Origin: an uncultured Pseudomonadota bacterium
Lineage (GTDB): Bacteria; Myxococcota_A; Polyangia; Fen-1088
Assembly (NCBI GenBank): GCA_963847705.1
Contig: CAWKBC010000034.1
Location: forward strand, 128,001 to 192,000
DNA length: 64,000 bases
Direction: 5' to 3'
Positions within the stretch are counted from its first letter, which is position 1. Each line of letters begins with the position of its first letter. The notes below the pieces were generated by a model, which saw only the letters and a program-made list of their open reading frames with translations, was not told the DNA's origin and did not search any database. This document shows, one piece after another, positions 43,469-53,050 of this stretch. Position numbers and translations under genes: made by a program.

Positions 43469-43729
43469 TCAGGGTGAGCCCAGCGGGTTCCGCGGCGAGC
43501 TCGGCGACGAGTTGGTCTCCGTCGGCGAGAGGGTGGGAGAGCTCCCTGGGATCGGGACGTCGCTCGGGACGATGACGCCGTGCTTGGAGGACGGCTGATC
43601 GAGGTCGGCCGGAAAGTCCGGGGAGGGCGAGCTTGGCGCCGCGGAGGCTTGCGAGCGGTGAGCCCCCGAGGTGCCGCAAGCCAACAGACCACAGGTTCCC
43701 AGCACAAACCCGAGTGCCCTGTAGGTCAT
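43469..43729 (-). CDS. Small Pro/Ser-rich lipoprotein
   Basis: Lipobox LLAC after a hydrophobic stretch. Confidence 0.55.
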   Translation of the reverse strand: MTYRALGFVLGTCGLLACGTSGAHRSQASAAPSSPSPDFPADLDQPSSKHGVIVPSDVPIPGSSPTLSPTETNSSPSSPRNPLGSP

Positions 43730-43770
43730 CCACCGAAAGTAATCGCGATCCACACCGGAGCAAGACCGTT

Positions 43771-44310
43771 TCAGTTGTCGGCGTGCGCCGTGGGCTCCAC
43801 GGTCGCGGACTCTGTGGCCGTGGTCTTGGCCGAGATCGTCGCCGTATCCGGCGCTTCGGGGATGGTCTCCGCCAGGGCGGCCGCCTCTGGCGCGGTCGTG
43901 TCAACTGCGGCAGCCGTCGTCGGGACGGCGGCGACACCGGGGACGCTGGCGACATCGGCGACGTCGGCGACGTCGGCTGCCGCCTCGACGCGCGCTCCCG
44001 CACGCGCGAGCGCTGCCATCTCGCGTCGATGCTGCTGCGCCAGCCTCAACGCCTCGGCGCCCTCCTCCTGCGCCTTGGTGGCCAGCTGCCGCGCGCGGTC
44101 CGGGTATCGGGGCATTCGCTGCGCATAGTTGAAGTCAGCCTTGGCATCGGCCAGGCATCTGGCGGCCTCGGGCGATCCCTCCACCGCGCCGGCCGCCTCG
44201 GCCTGCCGAATGACGTCGTTGAAGAGGGCGCGCTGCTCGCTCGAAGGCATGAACGGCTGCTCCGCGCATCCGACGGCTCCCACAATCAGGCAGATCCCGA
44301 TGAAACGCAT
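43771..44310 (-). CDS. DUF4398-like lipoprotein with Ala/Thr-rich tail
   Basis: Lipobox AVGC; IRQAEAAGA...PEA...L..A; 9-bp ADV repeats near 43930-43978. Confidence 0.65.
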   Translation of the reverse strand: MRFIGICLIVGAVGCAEQPFMPSSEQRALFNDVIRQAEAAGAVEGSPEAARCLADAKADFNYAQRMPRYPDRARQLATKAQEEGAEALRLAQQHRREMAALARAGARVEAAADVADVADVASVPGVAAVPTTAAAVDTTAPEAAALAETIPEAPDTATISAKTTATESATVEPTAHADN

Positions 44311-44734
44311 GATGAACTGCTGACGCAGCAAGCGGCGTGCCGGGAATCGCATACGGATCAAGCGGGAGAAGGCCAGCGACCGTCACCATTCGGTGCCGTC
44401 CTCCGTTACCGCGGCAAGAGAGAGGTGGCGGCGGGATGCCGAGCGCACGAGGTGGCGGCGACCGGCACCCACAGTCTCCCCGGGCCTGCGAGATCGGCGG
44501 CGTCCCCCCAAACACGGTTCAACGGCGACCACGACAACACGGTGAAAGTGCTCTCGCAATCATCGCGGCGCCGCACGCTCTCATGGACCGTCGGCGCCGG
44601 CATCGCCCGGGCAGCAGGCGAGCGAGATCGTGTCCGCCAGTCGGTGGCCGCGCGGTTGCCCTGCGCGCAAAACAGGTCCAAGATTTCCCGCGGCGCGTGG
44701 CGGACGGTGCGCCGAAGAGAAAAGGAGCTGCTCG

Positions 44735-45133
44735 ATGTTGAAGGTGAAAGACATCATGACGAGTAAGGTCTACACGGTGGAGTTCGACGCTTCGGCCGAA
44801 GAGGCGGCCTGGGGCCTGACCCGCCGCCAGATCGGGGCGGCTCCCGTGAAGAACCGGCAAGGCGAGCTGGTCGGGATCTTGACCAAGGGCGACCTCGTCG
44901 ACCCCGAGCCGCATCAGTGGATCAAGAAGGAGGCCACGGTGGGCGATCTCATGGACCCGGAGATCATCGCCGTCTACGAGGACGACCCGGCGCTGGAAGC
45001 GGTGCACGAGCTCGCCAGCAAGAACCAACACCGCCTGGTCGTCTTGAACACGGAGAACAAGCTGGTCGGAATTGTGAGCACGATGGACGTCGTACGTGCC
45101 CTCGACAAAGGGCTGTCATTCGCCGTCCAGTGA
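44735..45133 (+). CDS. CBS domain pair protein
   Basis: VKDIMT, APV...GELVGILT..DL, TVGDLM, RLVV...LVGIVSTMDV; AGGAG RBS. Confidence 0.88.
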   Translation: MLKVKDIMTSKVYTVEFDASAEEAAWGLTRRQIGAAPVKNRQGELVGILTKGDLVDPEPHQWIKKEATVGDLMDPEIIAVYEDDPALEAVHELASKNQHRLVVLNTENKLVGIVSTMDVVRALDKGLSFAVQ

Positions 45134-45454
45134 GGCGGCAACCCCGGCCACGGTAGGCGTTCTCTGAGGGCTCGTCCGGCCCCCGCCCCGCCTCACCCAT
45201 TTCCTGCCCCGACGAGCTCGTCGAAGTACCCGACCGTCCAGCCCCATGGCGGAAGTCGCCCCGGGTGTCCTCTGCCGGCCCGCCCGGGCCCTGCATGACT
45301 CCGTCCATCGATACGGTGGGTCAACACGTTGATCTGTCGCATGAGTCTCACCTGCCTCTGACAACACGACGAACGGGCCCGCCGTGGATCGACATCGGGA
45401 TCATCGACCCGTAACGGCGCGAATTCGCTGACACGACAAAGTTCACACCGCGGT

Positions 45455-45481
45455 TGTCGATCCGGTAGCCCGTCGATCGTC
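45455..45481 (+). promoter_or_regulatory. Putative ECF42-type promoter
   Basis: TGTCGA-N17-CGTC directly upstream of a DGPF/YciI gene, matching the known ECF42 motif and target class. Confidence 0.65.
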
Positions 45482-45518
45482 GCTCCGATACACCACCCGA
45501 ACCACGAGGAGACACGCG

Positions 45519-45992
45519 ATGAGGGTCATGATTTTCGGGAAGACGACCAAGCAAACCGAAGCGGGCCAGCCGCCGACCGAAGAGGCGCTGCTGGCGATGC
45601 ACAAGTTCAACGAGGAGTTGCAGAAGGCCGGCGTGCTGCTCGATCTCGGCGGCCTCACGCCGACCAGCCGCGGCGTGCGCCTGAAGTACAGCGGGAGCAA
45701 GTGCAGGGTGATCGATGGCCCGTTCGCCGAATCCAAGGAGGTGATTGCCGGCTACCTGCTGCTCGAGGTCAAGACGCTCGCCGAGGCGGTCGAATGGGCC
45801 AAGCGCGCGCCGTTCGGCCTCGGCGCGCCAGACGGCGAGGAGGCGGAGGTCGAGCTCCGACCGCTGTTCGACGCGGCGGACTTCGACGTGCCGGGCGAGG
45901 CCGAGGAGCGCGCCAGGCGACTCGGCCTCGACGTGCCGGGCGAGCCCGAGCAGCGCGCCAAGCGACTCGGCGAAAAGCCCGGCCAGGCGTGA
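45519..45992 (+). CDS. YciI/DGPF family protein
   Basis: VIDGPFAESKEVIAGY..EAVEWAKR.P; C-terminal 45-bp duplication at 45882-45971. Confidence 0.9.
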   Translation: MRVMIFGKTTKQTEAGQPPTEEALLAMHKFNEELQKAGVLLDLGGLTPTSRGVRLKYSGSKCRVIDGPFAESKEVIAGYLLLEVKTLAEAVEWAKRAPFGLGAPDGEEAEVELRPLFDAADFDVPGEAEERARRLGLDVPGEPEQRAKRLGEKPGQA

Positions 45993-46049
45993 CCGCGACG
46001 TGGGGCGCGGTTACGGTCAGCCCCCGCCGCCCGCGTGCCTGGGGGATGC

Positions 46050-46526
46050 CTATCCGCGCCGAGCTGCATCGATCGCGGCGACGTCGATCTTCTTCATGGT
46101 CATCATCGCCGAGAAGGCCCGCTTCGCTTCGCCGCCGCCAGCCGCCATCGCCTCGGTGAGCGTGCGCGGCGTGATCTGCCAGGAGAGGCCCCATCTGTCC
46201 CTGCACCAACCGCACGCGCTCTCTTCGCCGCCGTTGTTCACGATGGCGTTCCAGTACCGGTCGGTCTCTTCCTGGCTGTCCGTCGCGATCTGGAAAGAGA
46301 ACGCCTCGCTTTGCTTGAACGCAGATCCGCCGTTGATGGCAACGCAGGGGATGCCGCACACCGTGAATTCGACCGTCAGCGCCTCCCCCTCCTTCCCGCC
46401 CGGGAAGTCCCCCGGCGCCTTGTGCACGGCCGTCAGCTTGCTGTCCGGGAAGGTGGCCGCATAAAAGCGCCCCGCCGCTTCCGCGTCCTTGTCGAACCAG
46501 AGGCAGATCGTGTTCTTGTGGATCAT
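46050..46526 (-). CDS. VOC/PhnB (3-demethylubiquinone-9 3-methyltransferase-like) family
   Basis: ICLWFD..AE.A..FY, INGG..F, CGWCRDRWGLSWQI.P. Confidence 0.9.
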   Translation of the reverse strand: MIHKNTICLWFDKDAEAAGRFYAATFPDSKLTAVHKAPGDFPGGKEGEALTVEFTVCGIPCVAINGGSAFKQSEAFSFQIATDSQEETDRYWNAIVNNGGEESACGWCRDRWGLSWQITPRTLTEAMAAGGGEAKRAFSAMMTMKKIDVAAIDAARRG

Positions 46527-46566
46527 GTTCAGTCAGCCCTTTCGCTGTTGCTCCACTCAGCCTGCC

Positions 46567-46773
46567 CTACTGCCCGGTGCTCGCGACCGGCATCGCGCCC
46601 GTGTAGCAGCTGCTCCTTGCGGGGCTGAAATATACGTACTTCATCGGGGTGGCGGAATAGGTGCCCGGCACGAAGGTGCTGCGCGCCTTTCCGCCCGCGC
46701 CCACCGCCGCCTGGGAGACGGTGACCTCGAAGCCCCGCTCGGCGAGCTCGTGCGCGGCGCTGAGGCCCCCCAC
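46567..46773 (-). pseudogene. N-terminal remnant of an FAD-dependent oxidoreductase
   Basis: GGLSAAHELAERGFEVTV...GGKARS dinucleotide-binding fragment with no continuation. Confidence 0.65.
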
Positions 46774-46833
46774 CGGGACAGGACTTTCAAGAGGCCTTCC
46801 ACCCGGATGGTAGCGAAGCGATGCCGGAGGCGG

Positions 46834-47196
46834 TTATCCGTCTGTCTCGCTGACGCGTTGTAGTTCGAGCGCCAGCACCGTCGCGCGCATGGGCGTCTCG
46901 ACGAACCGAAGTCCCAGCCCGCTCGGTAGGTCGACCAGATCCTGAAACGGACGCCACCAGCGAACCTCGCCGAGGATTTCGACCGGCTCGGTGGCCCCCG
47001 GAATCATGAAGCGCACGATCACCCAATCCCCCACGGCCAAAAGCCGCGGTGTCGAGACGAAGAGCCCGCCCAGGCAGACGTTCCGCGCTATTCCCGGGCC
47101 AGATCCGGTGCGACTTCGCAAGTGAACCGGGATCTGGATGTCGGTGCGCTCCGGTCGAGGAGGGATCTTCTCGGCAGGAGACTGGGCGTGGGTCAT
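46834..47196 (-). CDS. PilZ domain protein
   Basis: RPER (RxxR), NVCLGG (D/NxSxGG variant), GEVRW, GLGLRF. Confidence 0.8.
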   Translation of the reverse strand: MTHAQSPAEKIPPRPERTDIQIPVHLRSRTGSGPGIARNVCLGGLFVSTPRLLAVGDWVIVRFMIPGATEPVEILGEVRWWRPFQDLVDLPSGLGLRFVETPMRATVLALELQRVSETDG

Positions 47197-47282
47197 GGCG
47201 GTCCTCCCATCGCTTTGGTGGCCTCCGCCGGGCCGGAGGTTAGTCCCTATTTCGGGGCGGGGCGTTTCCCTGCCTCACTCAC

Positions 47283-47993
47283 TCACTCCTCGTGCTCAGC
47301 GAACCGCTCGAGGCGATACGCGAGCGCCGGACCTTCCGAGCCTTCGTACGCCAGCTGGGCAATGAGCAGAGAGAAGGGCTCGGTGTAGCGCGCGATCCGA
47401 AGCGGCCCCGCGTCGATTGGGTCAAAGCCGAGGTCACGGATCAGCCCGGCCGCGATCTTCTTCGCGGGTTCATCGTCGCCGCAGTACACGAGACTGGGCC
47501 GCGTGAGCTTTCGACGTGCCTCAAAAACACCGAAGAGCACCTCGCTGGGCACGGTGCTGAACGCAGCAACAACACGCGAGGCGGGGAGCCGCCGCGCGAG
47601 CTCTTCGGCGCCGGACGTATCGCGGCCAAGCACGAGAGCCGTGTCGTCCGTGTTCATCGGTAGGCTGCAACTCACGATGACCTTCCCCGATAGGTCGCCG
47701 GCTTGCTTCAGAACGTCATCGAGCCTCGACCAATGCACCGCGAGTAAGACAACCTCGGCGTGTGTGGCCGCTTCGCGGGGCGTCCCCGCCCGAGTATCGC
47801 CATCTGCCCCGCGCGCCAAGCGCTGCAGCTTGGCCTTGCTCCGGGCGTAGCTGAACACGACGTCATGACCTGCACGCGCGAAAAGGGTGCCGAGCTTGCC
47901 GCCCATCAAACCAGAACCGAGGATACCGATCCGGGTGTGCCCACCGTGGCTGTCTCCGCGGGGGCGGAGCTCTCGCGTGTTCGATCCCTTCAT
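47283..47993 (-). CDS. NADPH-dependent F420 reductase-like oxidoreductase
   Basis: IGILGSGLMG, LLAVHW, TSGAEELA, YCGDD..AK..LI.DLGF.P.DAGPL. Confidence 0.85.
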   Translation of the reverse strand: MKGSNTRELRPRGDSHGGHTRIGILGSGLMGGKLGTLFARAGHDVVFSYARSKAKLQRLARGADGDTRAGTPREAATHAEVVLLAVHWSRLDDVLKQAGDLSGKVIVSCSLPMNTDDTALVLGRDTSGAEELARRLPASRVVAAFSTVPSEVLFGVFEARRKLTRPSLVYCGDDEPAKKIAAGLIRDLGFDPIDAGPLRIARYTEPFSLLIAQLAYEGSEGPALAYRLERFAEHEE

Positions 47994-48850
47994 GGGGTCG
48001 GCCTCTTGCCGGCATCATCGAACGCGAGCGAGGTCGACAGCTCGCGGAAGGCGTTGGTCTGCTGCTGAAGAGTGCTGGCCACCTGCTCGGCGGTGGCGAC
48101 GGCGTCGGCACCGGCGATAAAGCGCAGCGGGGGCTGCTTCTGCTCGGCGATGGTCAGTAACGCCCGGGCCAACTTAGCGGGGTCGCCGGCCTGCTTGCCG
48201 TTGTGTCCTTTCCAGAAGTCGAGCTGCTTCGCTCTGCGGTCGGCATAGTCCTCGATGGACGGCTCGGCGTAGGTCGTCGACTGCTCCGTGAGGAGCTCGG
48301 TGCGAAAGAACCCTGGGTTCACGATGGTGGTGTTGATTCCGAACGCCGCGACCTCGACCGCCAGCGACTCCATCCAGCCCTCCAGTCCGAACTTAGAGGC
48401 GGCGTAGGCGCTGCAGAACTCGAAGCCAACCAGGCCTGCGGTCGACGAGATCGAGATGACGTGCCCCGACCGCTGCTTTCGCATGACCGGCAGGACAGCG
48501 CGGGTGACATTCATCGGGCCCACGAGGCTCGTCGTCAGCTGCCGTTCGAACTGCTCTGGTGCCAGCTCCTCGAAGTAGCCGGCGTGAAAATTGGCAGCGT
48601 TGTTGACGATCACGTCGATGCGGCCGAATCGGTCCACGGCGGCTCGAACCGCAGCCTGGGCCTCACCCAGTCGGGTGATGTCGAGCTTGACCGTCAGGAG
48701 ATTGCCAGACGTGCCCAGGGTCTCGGACAGACGGACCGTATCTCGGCCCGTGGCCACGACAGCACGCCCAGTCGCCAGCGCTGCCTTGGCAATCTCGACC
48801 CCCATGCCGCGGCCGGCGCCCGTGATGAACCAGACCTTCTTGTTTTCCAT
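47990..48850 (-). CDS. Short-chain dehydrogenase/reductase
   Basis: WFITGAGRGMG, VNNA, YAASK, PGFFRT. Confidence 0.92.
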   Translation of the reverse strand: MENKKVWFITGAGRGMGVEIAKAALATGRAVVATGRDTVRLSETLGTSGNLLTVKLDITRLGEAQAAVRAAVDRFGRIDVIVNNAANFHAGYFEELAPEQFERQLTTSLVGPMNVTRAVLPVMRKQRSGHVISISSTAGLVGFEFCSAYAASKFGLEGWMESLAVEVAAFGINTTIVNPGFFRTELLTEQSTTYAEPSIEDYADRRAKQLDFWKGHNGKQAGDPAKLARALLTIAEQKQPPLRFIAGADAVATAEQVASTLQQQTNAFRELSTSLAFDDAGKRPTP

Positions 48851-48925
48851 GGGCACAGTCTGCGCACGAGGCCGGCGCAGGACCATGCTTCACTTTCTTA
48901 AAGGACTCGGTAGCCTGGCTACACA

Positions 48926-49144
48926 ATGCATCGACGTCCTTCGAGTCGCTCATACCTCTCCGGCGGCCCTACGTCCGCGAGGTCGGAGGCCATCGATGCG
49001 GCTCGCGAAGGATCGATGGTCACATGCGAGGTATGCGGTGCCCAAGGCACCCTGGCCGAGCGACGCGGCTGGACATCGGTCAAGTGCGACGCGCACGAGA
49101 ACTGGTCCCGGTTCGACCCAAGGCCGGCTATCCCTTCAGCGTGA
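48926..49144 (+). pseudogene. Fragment of a small Zn-binding hypothetical protein
   Basis: AIDAA..S..TCEVCG.QG....GW..V.C..H; N-terminus looks degraded. Confidence 0.4.
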
Positions 49145-49363
49145 CCGGAGCATGGGTGGGGGCCGGCGAGGTGCCGTTGCCTAACTCAAACTGAGGCAAG
49201 GATATGTTGGACCCGGAATCAGATGTCGACCAGCGTCCAGCGGCCCAGGAGCTCTTGGCGAAGCTCAGGAGCGCGCTGCCAGACCTGAAAGCGATCGGGA
49301 ACAGGTCCGCCATCGCGGCGACCTGGTCTCGACTTTCTTGTCTGCCCGCGCGGCCGGACTAGA

Positions 49364-50095
49364 TTGTCGGGCGTGCACGTCGTTTTCGTTGCCGGCGCTG
49401 CGGGCGTGATCGGCAAGCCTCTGGTGACCCTGCTGGTGCAGGGGGGGCATCGCGTGTTCGGAACGACCCGGTCGAAGACGCGGGCGGCCAACCTGGAGCA
49501 ATCGGGGGTGATTCCGATCGTGCTCGACGTGTTCGACCGCCAGGCGGTCGCGGAGGCGATCAAGGGGGCGTGCCCGGACGTGGTCATCCATCAGTTGACC
49601 GATCTCTCCGGCGGTTTGCAGCCCGATCGGATCGCGGAGAGCCGCGCCAAGACCAGCCGCCTTCGCATCGAAGGCACCCAGAACCTCGTCGCGGCCGCGC
49701 GGGCCACCGGCGCGCGCCGGCTGATTGCCCAGAGCATCGCCTGGCTCTATGCCCCAGGCCCGCTGCCATACCGCGAAGACGATCCCCTCGACCCCGCGGA
49801 GGGCACACCACAAGCGGTCACTGCGCGTGGAGTCATCGCACTCGAGAAAGCCGTCCTCGACGCCGCCCCCGTCGAAGGCATCGTGCTGCGCTACGGCCGG
49901 TTCTACGGTGGGGGGGCGGACGCAGCGCCGGCTGGCATCCCCGGCGTGCACGTGGACGCAGCGGCGCACGCCGCCGTGCTCGCCATCGAGCGCGGAGCTC
50001 CGGGAGTTTACAACGTGGCCGAACCCAGCCCCGCGCTGGCGATCGACAAGGTCCGCCGAGAGCTGGGGTGGGATCCTGGCTTTCGCGCCGGATGA
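49364..50095 (+). CDS. NAD(P)-dependent epimerase/oxidoreductase
   Basis: VFVAGAAGVIG, GTTRS, IHQLTDL, LRYGRFYG, VYNVAE. Confidence 0.85.
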   Translation: MSGVHVVFVAGAAGVIGKPLVTLLVQGGHRVFGTTRSKTRAANLEQSGVIPIVLDVFDRQAVAEAIKGACPDVVIHQLTDLSGGLQPDRIAESRAKTSRLRIEGTQNLVAAARATGARRLIAQSIAWLYAPGPLPYREDDPLDPAEGTPQAVTARGVIALEKAVLDAAPVEGIVLRYGRFYGGGADAAPAGIPGVHVDAAAHAAVLAIERGAPGVYNVAEPSPALAIDKVRRELGWDPGFRAG

Positions 50096-50139
50096 CCGCG
50101 AGCCAGACCGGCACGGGCTATTCCGATCTCGCCCGGCGG

Positions 50140-51420
50140 TCATATGCGTCGCGCGGCGCTGCGTTCCGGGTGCTCGAAGGCGGAGGCAAAGGGTTCGAGC
50201 TCGGCGTCGGTCATTCCGAGTGAACGGCCCTCGGCGCGCCAGCCAGCCACCACGTGCTCGACGTGGGCCGCGACCTCCTTGGCGCGAGCCCGCGAAATCC
50301 TGAAATATGGAGCGACGGAGAGCAGTGCCTCGATCGTCGCCTCCGGGCCGGTCTCGGGCGAGATCCAGGTTTTGAGCTCACGCACGCGATCGGGGAACGG
50401 GTTCAGGTCGAAAGCCGGGGCCAGCCGCCACTGGCCGTAACCAGCGTGCAGGAAACCGTGGTTGAGTAGATGGTCGTCGACGTTGGTGATCAAGATGGAG
50501 AACGCCATCCGTCGCCACAGCTCTTCGATGTCCGCCTGCGCCGCAGCTCCGTAGATACGAAGCGCGTCGACGATTTCCGTATAGGCGTGCTCGCCTGGAT
50601 CTCCCGGCTCCGCGCCGAGCATGGTCGCGGCCGATACGTAAAGCACCCGGCCTCCTCCATCTGCTCGATCGAAGCGCTTGATCAGAGCGACCGGGACACC
50701 GTCGCTATCAATGAGGCGTGCGTCGGCCGCCTCGATTCCTGCCGCCCTCGCCAGATGCATCGCGAGAACCTCGCCTTTCGTCACCGCGCGCTCATCCGAA
50801 ACGCTCGGGAACTTGCCGATGGACAACCGGCCATTCTCGTCCACGACCGTACACTTCGGCCGCAGGCCGCCGAGCGAGGTACCCCGTCCTCGCAGGTTCG
50901 CTAGATCCGCCGCGGTTTCGCTGTTCGTCTCAACCGAGCGACTCGCGGCCGCGAGACTGGCGAGCTCGATCAGCGGCGGCGCTGTGCGGCGACCTGGCTC
51001 CGAAGCCCGCTGGAAGCTTCCTTCCTCGTCTTGAAAGCGAAGGGCACCTACGCGACTCGCGTCGTCCACCTCCAACAGGAAGCCGAGGTCATTCAGGGGC
51101 CGCGGGTCGAATTCCGTCCCAGAGCGACGAGCTTCCTGCATGCGCTTCGCGTGGTCGCGGAGGATGACACGTCGGCCCCAACCGTCTGGTTCCGTGTCGG
51201 CGATTGAGGAGTGGAAGATCGAGCCGTCGCGAGTCTTTTTGTGAAACTGCGGCCCGGCAACGAGTTGCAGTGCCGGGTCGATCGAAAATCGGTCCCGAGC
51301 CGACAGCCAGCTGGCGTCGTACTCGAAGGCGGCGCTCGCTCGCGCTCCGTCCGCGCTGTATCGGATCATTCCGATCAAGCGCGGCTCGTCGCCCACGAAG
51401 ACCTTGATGGTGCGTCTCAT
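50140..51420 (-). CDS. hipA: HipA family toxin kinase
   Basis: N-terminal coupling domain (PDGWGR), P-loop GTSLGGLRPK, RFDR, NVDDHLLNH, LAPAFDL. Confidence 0.92.
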   Translation of the reverse strand: MRRTIKVFVGDEPRLIGMIRYSADGARASAAFEYDASWLSARDRFSIDPALQLVAGPQFHKKTRDGSIFHSSIADTEPDGWGRRVILRDHAKRMQEARRSGTEFDPRPLNDLGFLLEVDDASRVGALRFQDEEGSFQRASEPGRRTAPPLIELASLAAASRSVETNSETAADLANLRGRGTSLGGLRPKCTVVDENGRLSIGKFPSVSDERAVTKGEVLAMHLARAAGIEAADARLIDSDGVPVALIKRFDRADGGGRVLYVSAATMLGAEPGDPGEHAYTEIVDALRIYGAAAQADIEELWRRMAFSILITNVDDHLLNHGFLHAGYGQWRLAPAFDLNPFPDRVRELKTWISPETGPEATIEALLSVAPYFRISRARAKEVAAHVEHVVAGWRAEGRSLGMTDAELEPFASAFEHPERSAARRI

Positions 51421-51749
51421 AGAGGGACCGGCTCCCTCTTGGGACGCACGCGCTTCGGAACGCGCTGCTCATCGAGCAGCAGGCCCTGTTCGTCGCTGCT
51501 CGCATCAACCAAATCGCCTAGCGCATCGCCGAATCCAAGGACGAACAACGCCATCGCGTACACCCCCATCGACACGGTCGGGTCCCCTTTTTCGAGGCGC
51601 ACGTATGTGCTCTTGGCGACGCCCAAGCGTTCCGACATCATCGCGGTCGTCAGATGACGTTTGCGGCGCGCAAGCGCGAGGTCCGATCCGAATTTCTTTA
51701 GGGATCGCCGGACCTTGGCCGGAAGGACGTCGTGAACGGATGAGCGCAT
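51417..51749 (-). CDS. XRE-family HTH antitoxin (HipB-like)
   Basis: LARRKR.LT...MSERLGV...TY.RLEKGDP.VS; ATGA overlap with hipA. Confidence 0.88.
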   Translation of the reverse strand: MRSSVHDVLPAKVRRSLKKFGSDLALARRKRHLTTAMMSERLGVAKSTYVRLEKGDPTVSMGVYAMALFVLGFGDALGDLVDASSDEQGLLLDEQRVPKRVRPKREPVPL

Positions 51750-52198
51750 CGTAATGGCCTATATATGATTCCGTATGTCGGATTAGAATTCGTATATACT
51801 ACCTTACGGACGGTACAGCGCTAGCCCCAAAAGGTCGCTGTTCTTGAGGCGGCGGCGCAGCTCGACGTATTCTTCGACGCGCCTGTTCTCGGAGTCGGTA
51901 GGACCTTTGCTCTCCGCTGTGGGCTGCGGCACCACCCACCGATGGGTCGCGCTTCCGCTCCCGGTCAGGGTTCAGCTGAGGAGACCACTCCCAGCGATCG
52001 CGGTCCCCATTCAGGGCCATCGCCACCTGGCCGCTGACAAGTCAGGGTGGACGCGGTGGCTACATGTTGGCGAACCGACTGTCGTTTCGACCCAAGACCG
52101 ATGGATTTACTTCACCGGTACTTCAAGGCTCTGGCGAGAGCGATTCAGCCGTTCTCCCCCGACTGGAACCAGCCGACGATTCCAGCGACTTAGGTCGG

Positions 52199-52272
52199 TC
52201 GGGGCGAGAGGATTTGAACCTCCGACATTCTGCTCCCAAAGCAGACGCGCTACCAGGCTGCGCCACGCCCCG
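52199..52272 (-). tRNA. tRNA-Pro (anticodon UGG)
   Basis: CGGGGCG acceptor stem, D arm GCAGCCTGGTAGCGC, anticodon arm TCTGC-TTTGGGA-GCAGA, T arm GGAGG-TTCAAAT-CCTCT; followed by CCG rather than an encoded CCA. Confidence 0.96.
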
Positions 52273-52304
52273 TGGGGCGTGAATATACACGACCTGTGGG
52301 CGCA

Positions 52305-53006
52305 CTACTGCCCGCGATAGAGGTCGGGAAAGAGCTTCTGCAGGTGGGTCACCTTGGGGGCGTCGTTGAACATGATGTAGGGGTTGTCGGGGTGCAGGGT
52401 GGCGTAGTTCTGGTGGTAGGCCTCGGCCGGGTAGAACGCCTTGAGGGGGACGATCTCGGTGACGATGCGGTCGGGGAAGGCCTTCGCGCGACCGAGCTGG
52501 GCGACGTAGGCGTCGGTGACGCGCTTCTGATCGGCGTCGGTGTAGAAGACGACCGACCGGTACTGCGTCCCCTCGTCGGCCCCCTGGTGATTGAGCTCGG
52601 TCGGATCGTGCGCGACGGAGAAGAAGACCTTCAGGAGCTGGCCATAGGTCACCTGCGAGGGGTCGAAGGTGACCCGCACCGATTCGGCATGGCCGGTGTC
52701 GCCACCGCTGACCAGCTCGTACTTGGCGTTCTCGGCCGAGCCGCCGGCGTAGCCGGACGTCGCCTCGGTGACGCCCTTGACGTGCTGGAAGACGGCCTGG
52801 ACCCCCCAGAAGCAGCCGCCCGCGAAGACGACCGTCGACTTGCCGGGCTTGGCCCCGCGCGCGACGTCCACGGCGGGGGATGGCAGCGTGACCGCGTCGT
52901 GGGCGCCGGCGCGGGCGCAACTCGCGAATAGACCAACCGTGGTCAGCGCAACCATCGGCACTGCCAGGGCCAGCGCGCGTCTGAGCTTGCTCGAGTGAAA
53001 CGTCAT
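52305..53006 (-). CDS. msrA: Peptide-methionine (S)-S-oxide reductase, exported
   Basis: FAGGCFWG, SGYAGG, GHAESV, QG.D.GTQYRS, AE.YHQNY; N-terminal signal sequence. Confidence 0.95.
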   Translation of the reverse strand: MTFHSSKLRRALALAVPMVALTTVGLFASCARAGAHDAVTLPSPAVDVARGAKPGKSTVVFAGGCFWGVQAVFQHVKGVTEATSGYAGGSAENAKYELVSGGDTGHAESVRVTFDPSQVTYGQLLKVFFSVAHDPTELNHQGADEGTQYRSVVFYTDADQKRVTDAYVAQLGRAKAFPDRIVTEIVPLKAFYPAEAYHQNYATLHPDNPYIMFNDAPKVTHLQKLFPDLYRGQ

Positions 53007-53025
53007 CGGAACCTCCACCCAATGC

Positions 53026-53050
53026 TACGCGACAGCGGTCCGCCGGTTAC
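53026..53050 (-). promoter_or_regulatory. Putative ECF16/SigF-type promoter of msrA
   Basis: Minus strand GTAAC-N16-CGTA, ending 20 nt upstream of the msrA ATG. Confidence 0.65.

Larger units (their letters stand above)
40698..52241. mobile_element. Degenerate genomic island integrated at the tRNA-Pro(UGG) 3' end
   Basis: Direct repeat of the tRNA 3' half at both ends in the expected geometry; hipBA at the junction; several gene fragments; no integrase seen. Confidence 0.72.

Noticed and set aside
45133-45450. Long intergenic region as a possible ncRNA or riboswitch
   Set aside because: No recognisable conserved RNA motif by eye; an Rfam/Infernal scan would be needed.
49156-49166. gtgggggccgg matches the start of the distal att copy, suggesting a third att site
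   Set aside because: Only 11 bp of G/C-rich sequence and it lacks the 18-bp core; probably chance.
51799-52190. Short ORFs between hipB and the tRNA as a possible integrase remnant
   Set aside because: No tyrosine or serine recombinase motifs recognised in the frames read; left unannotated.
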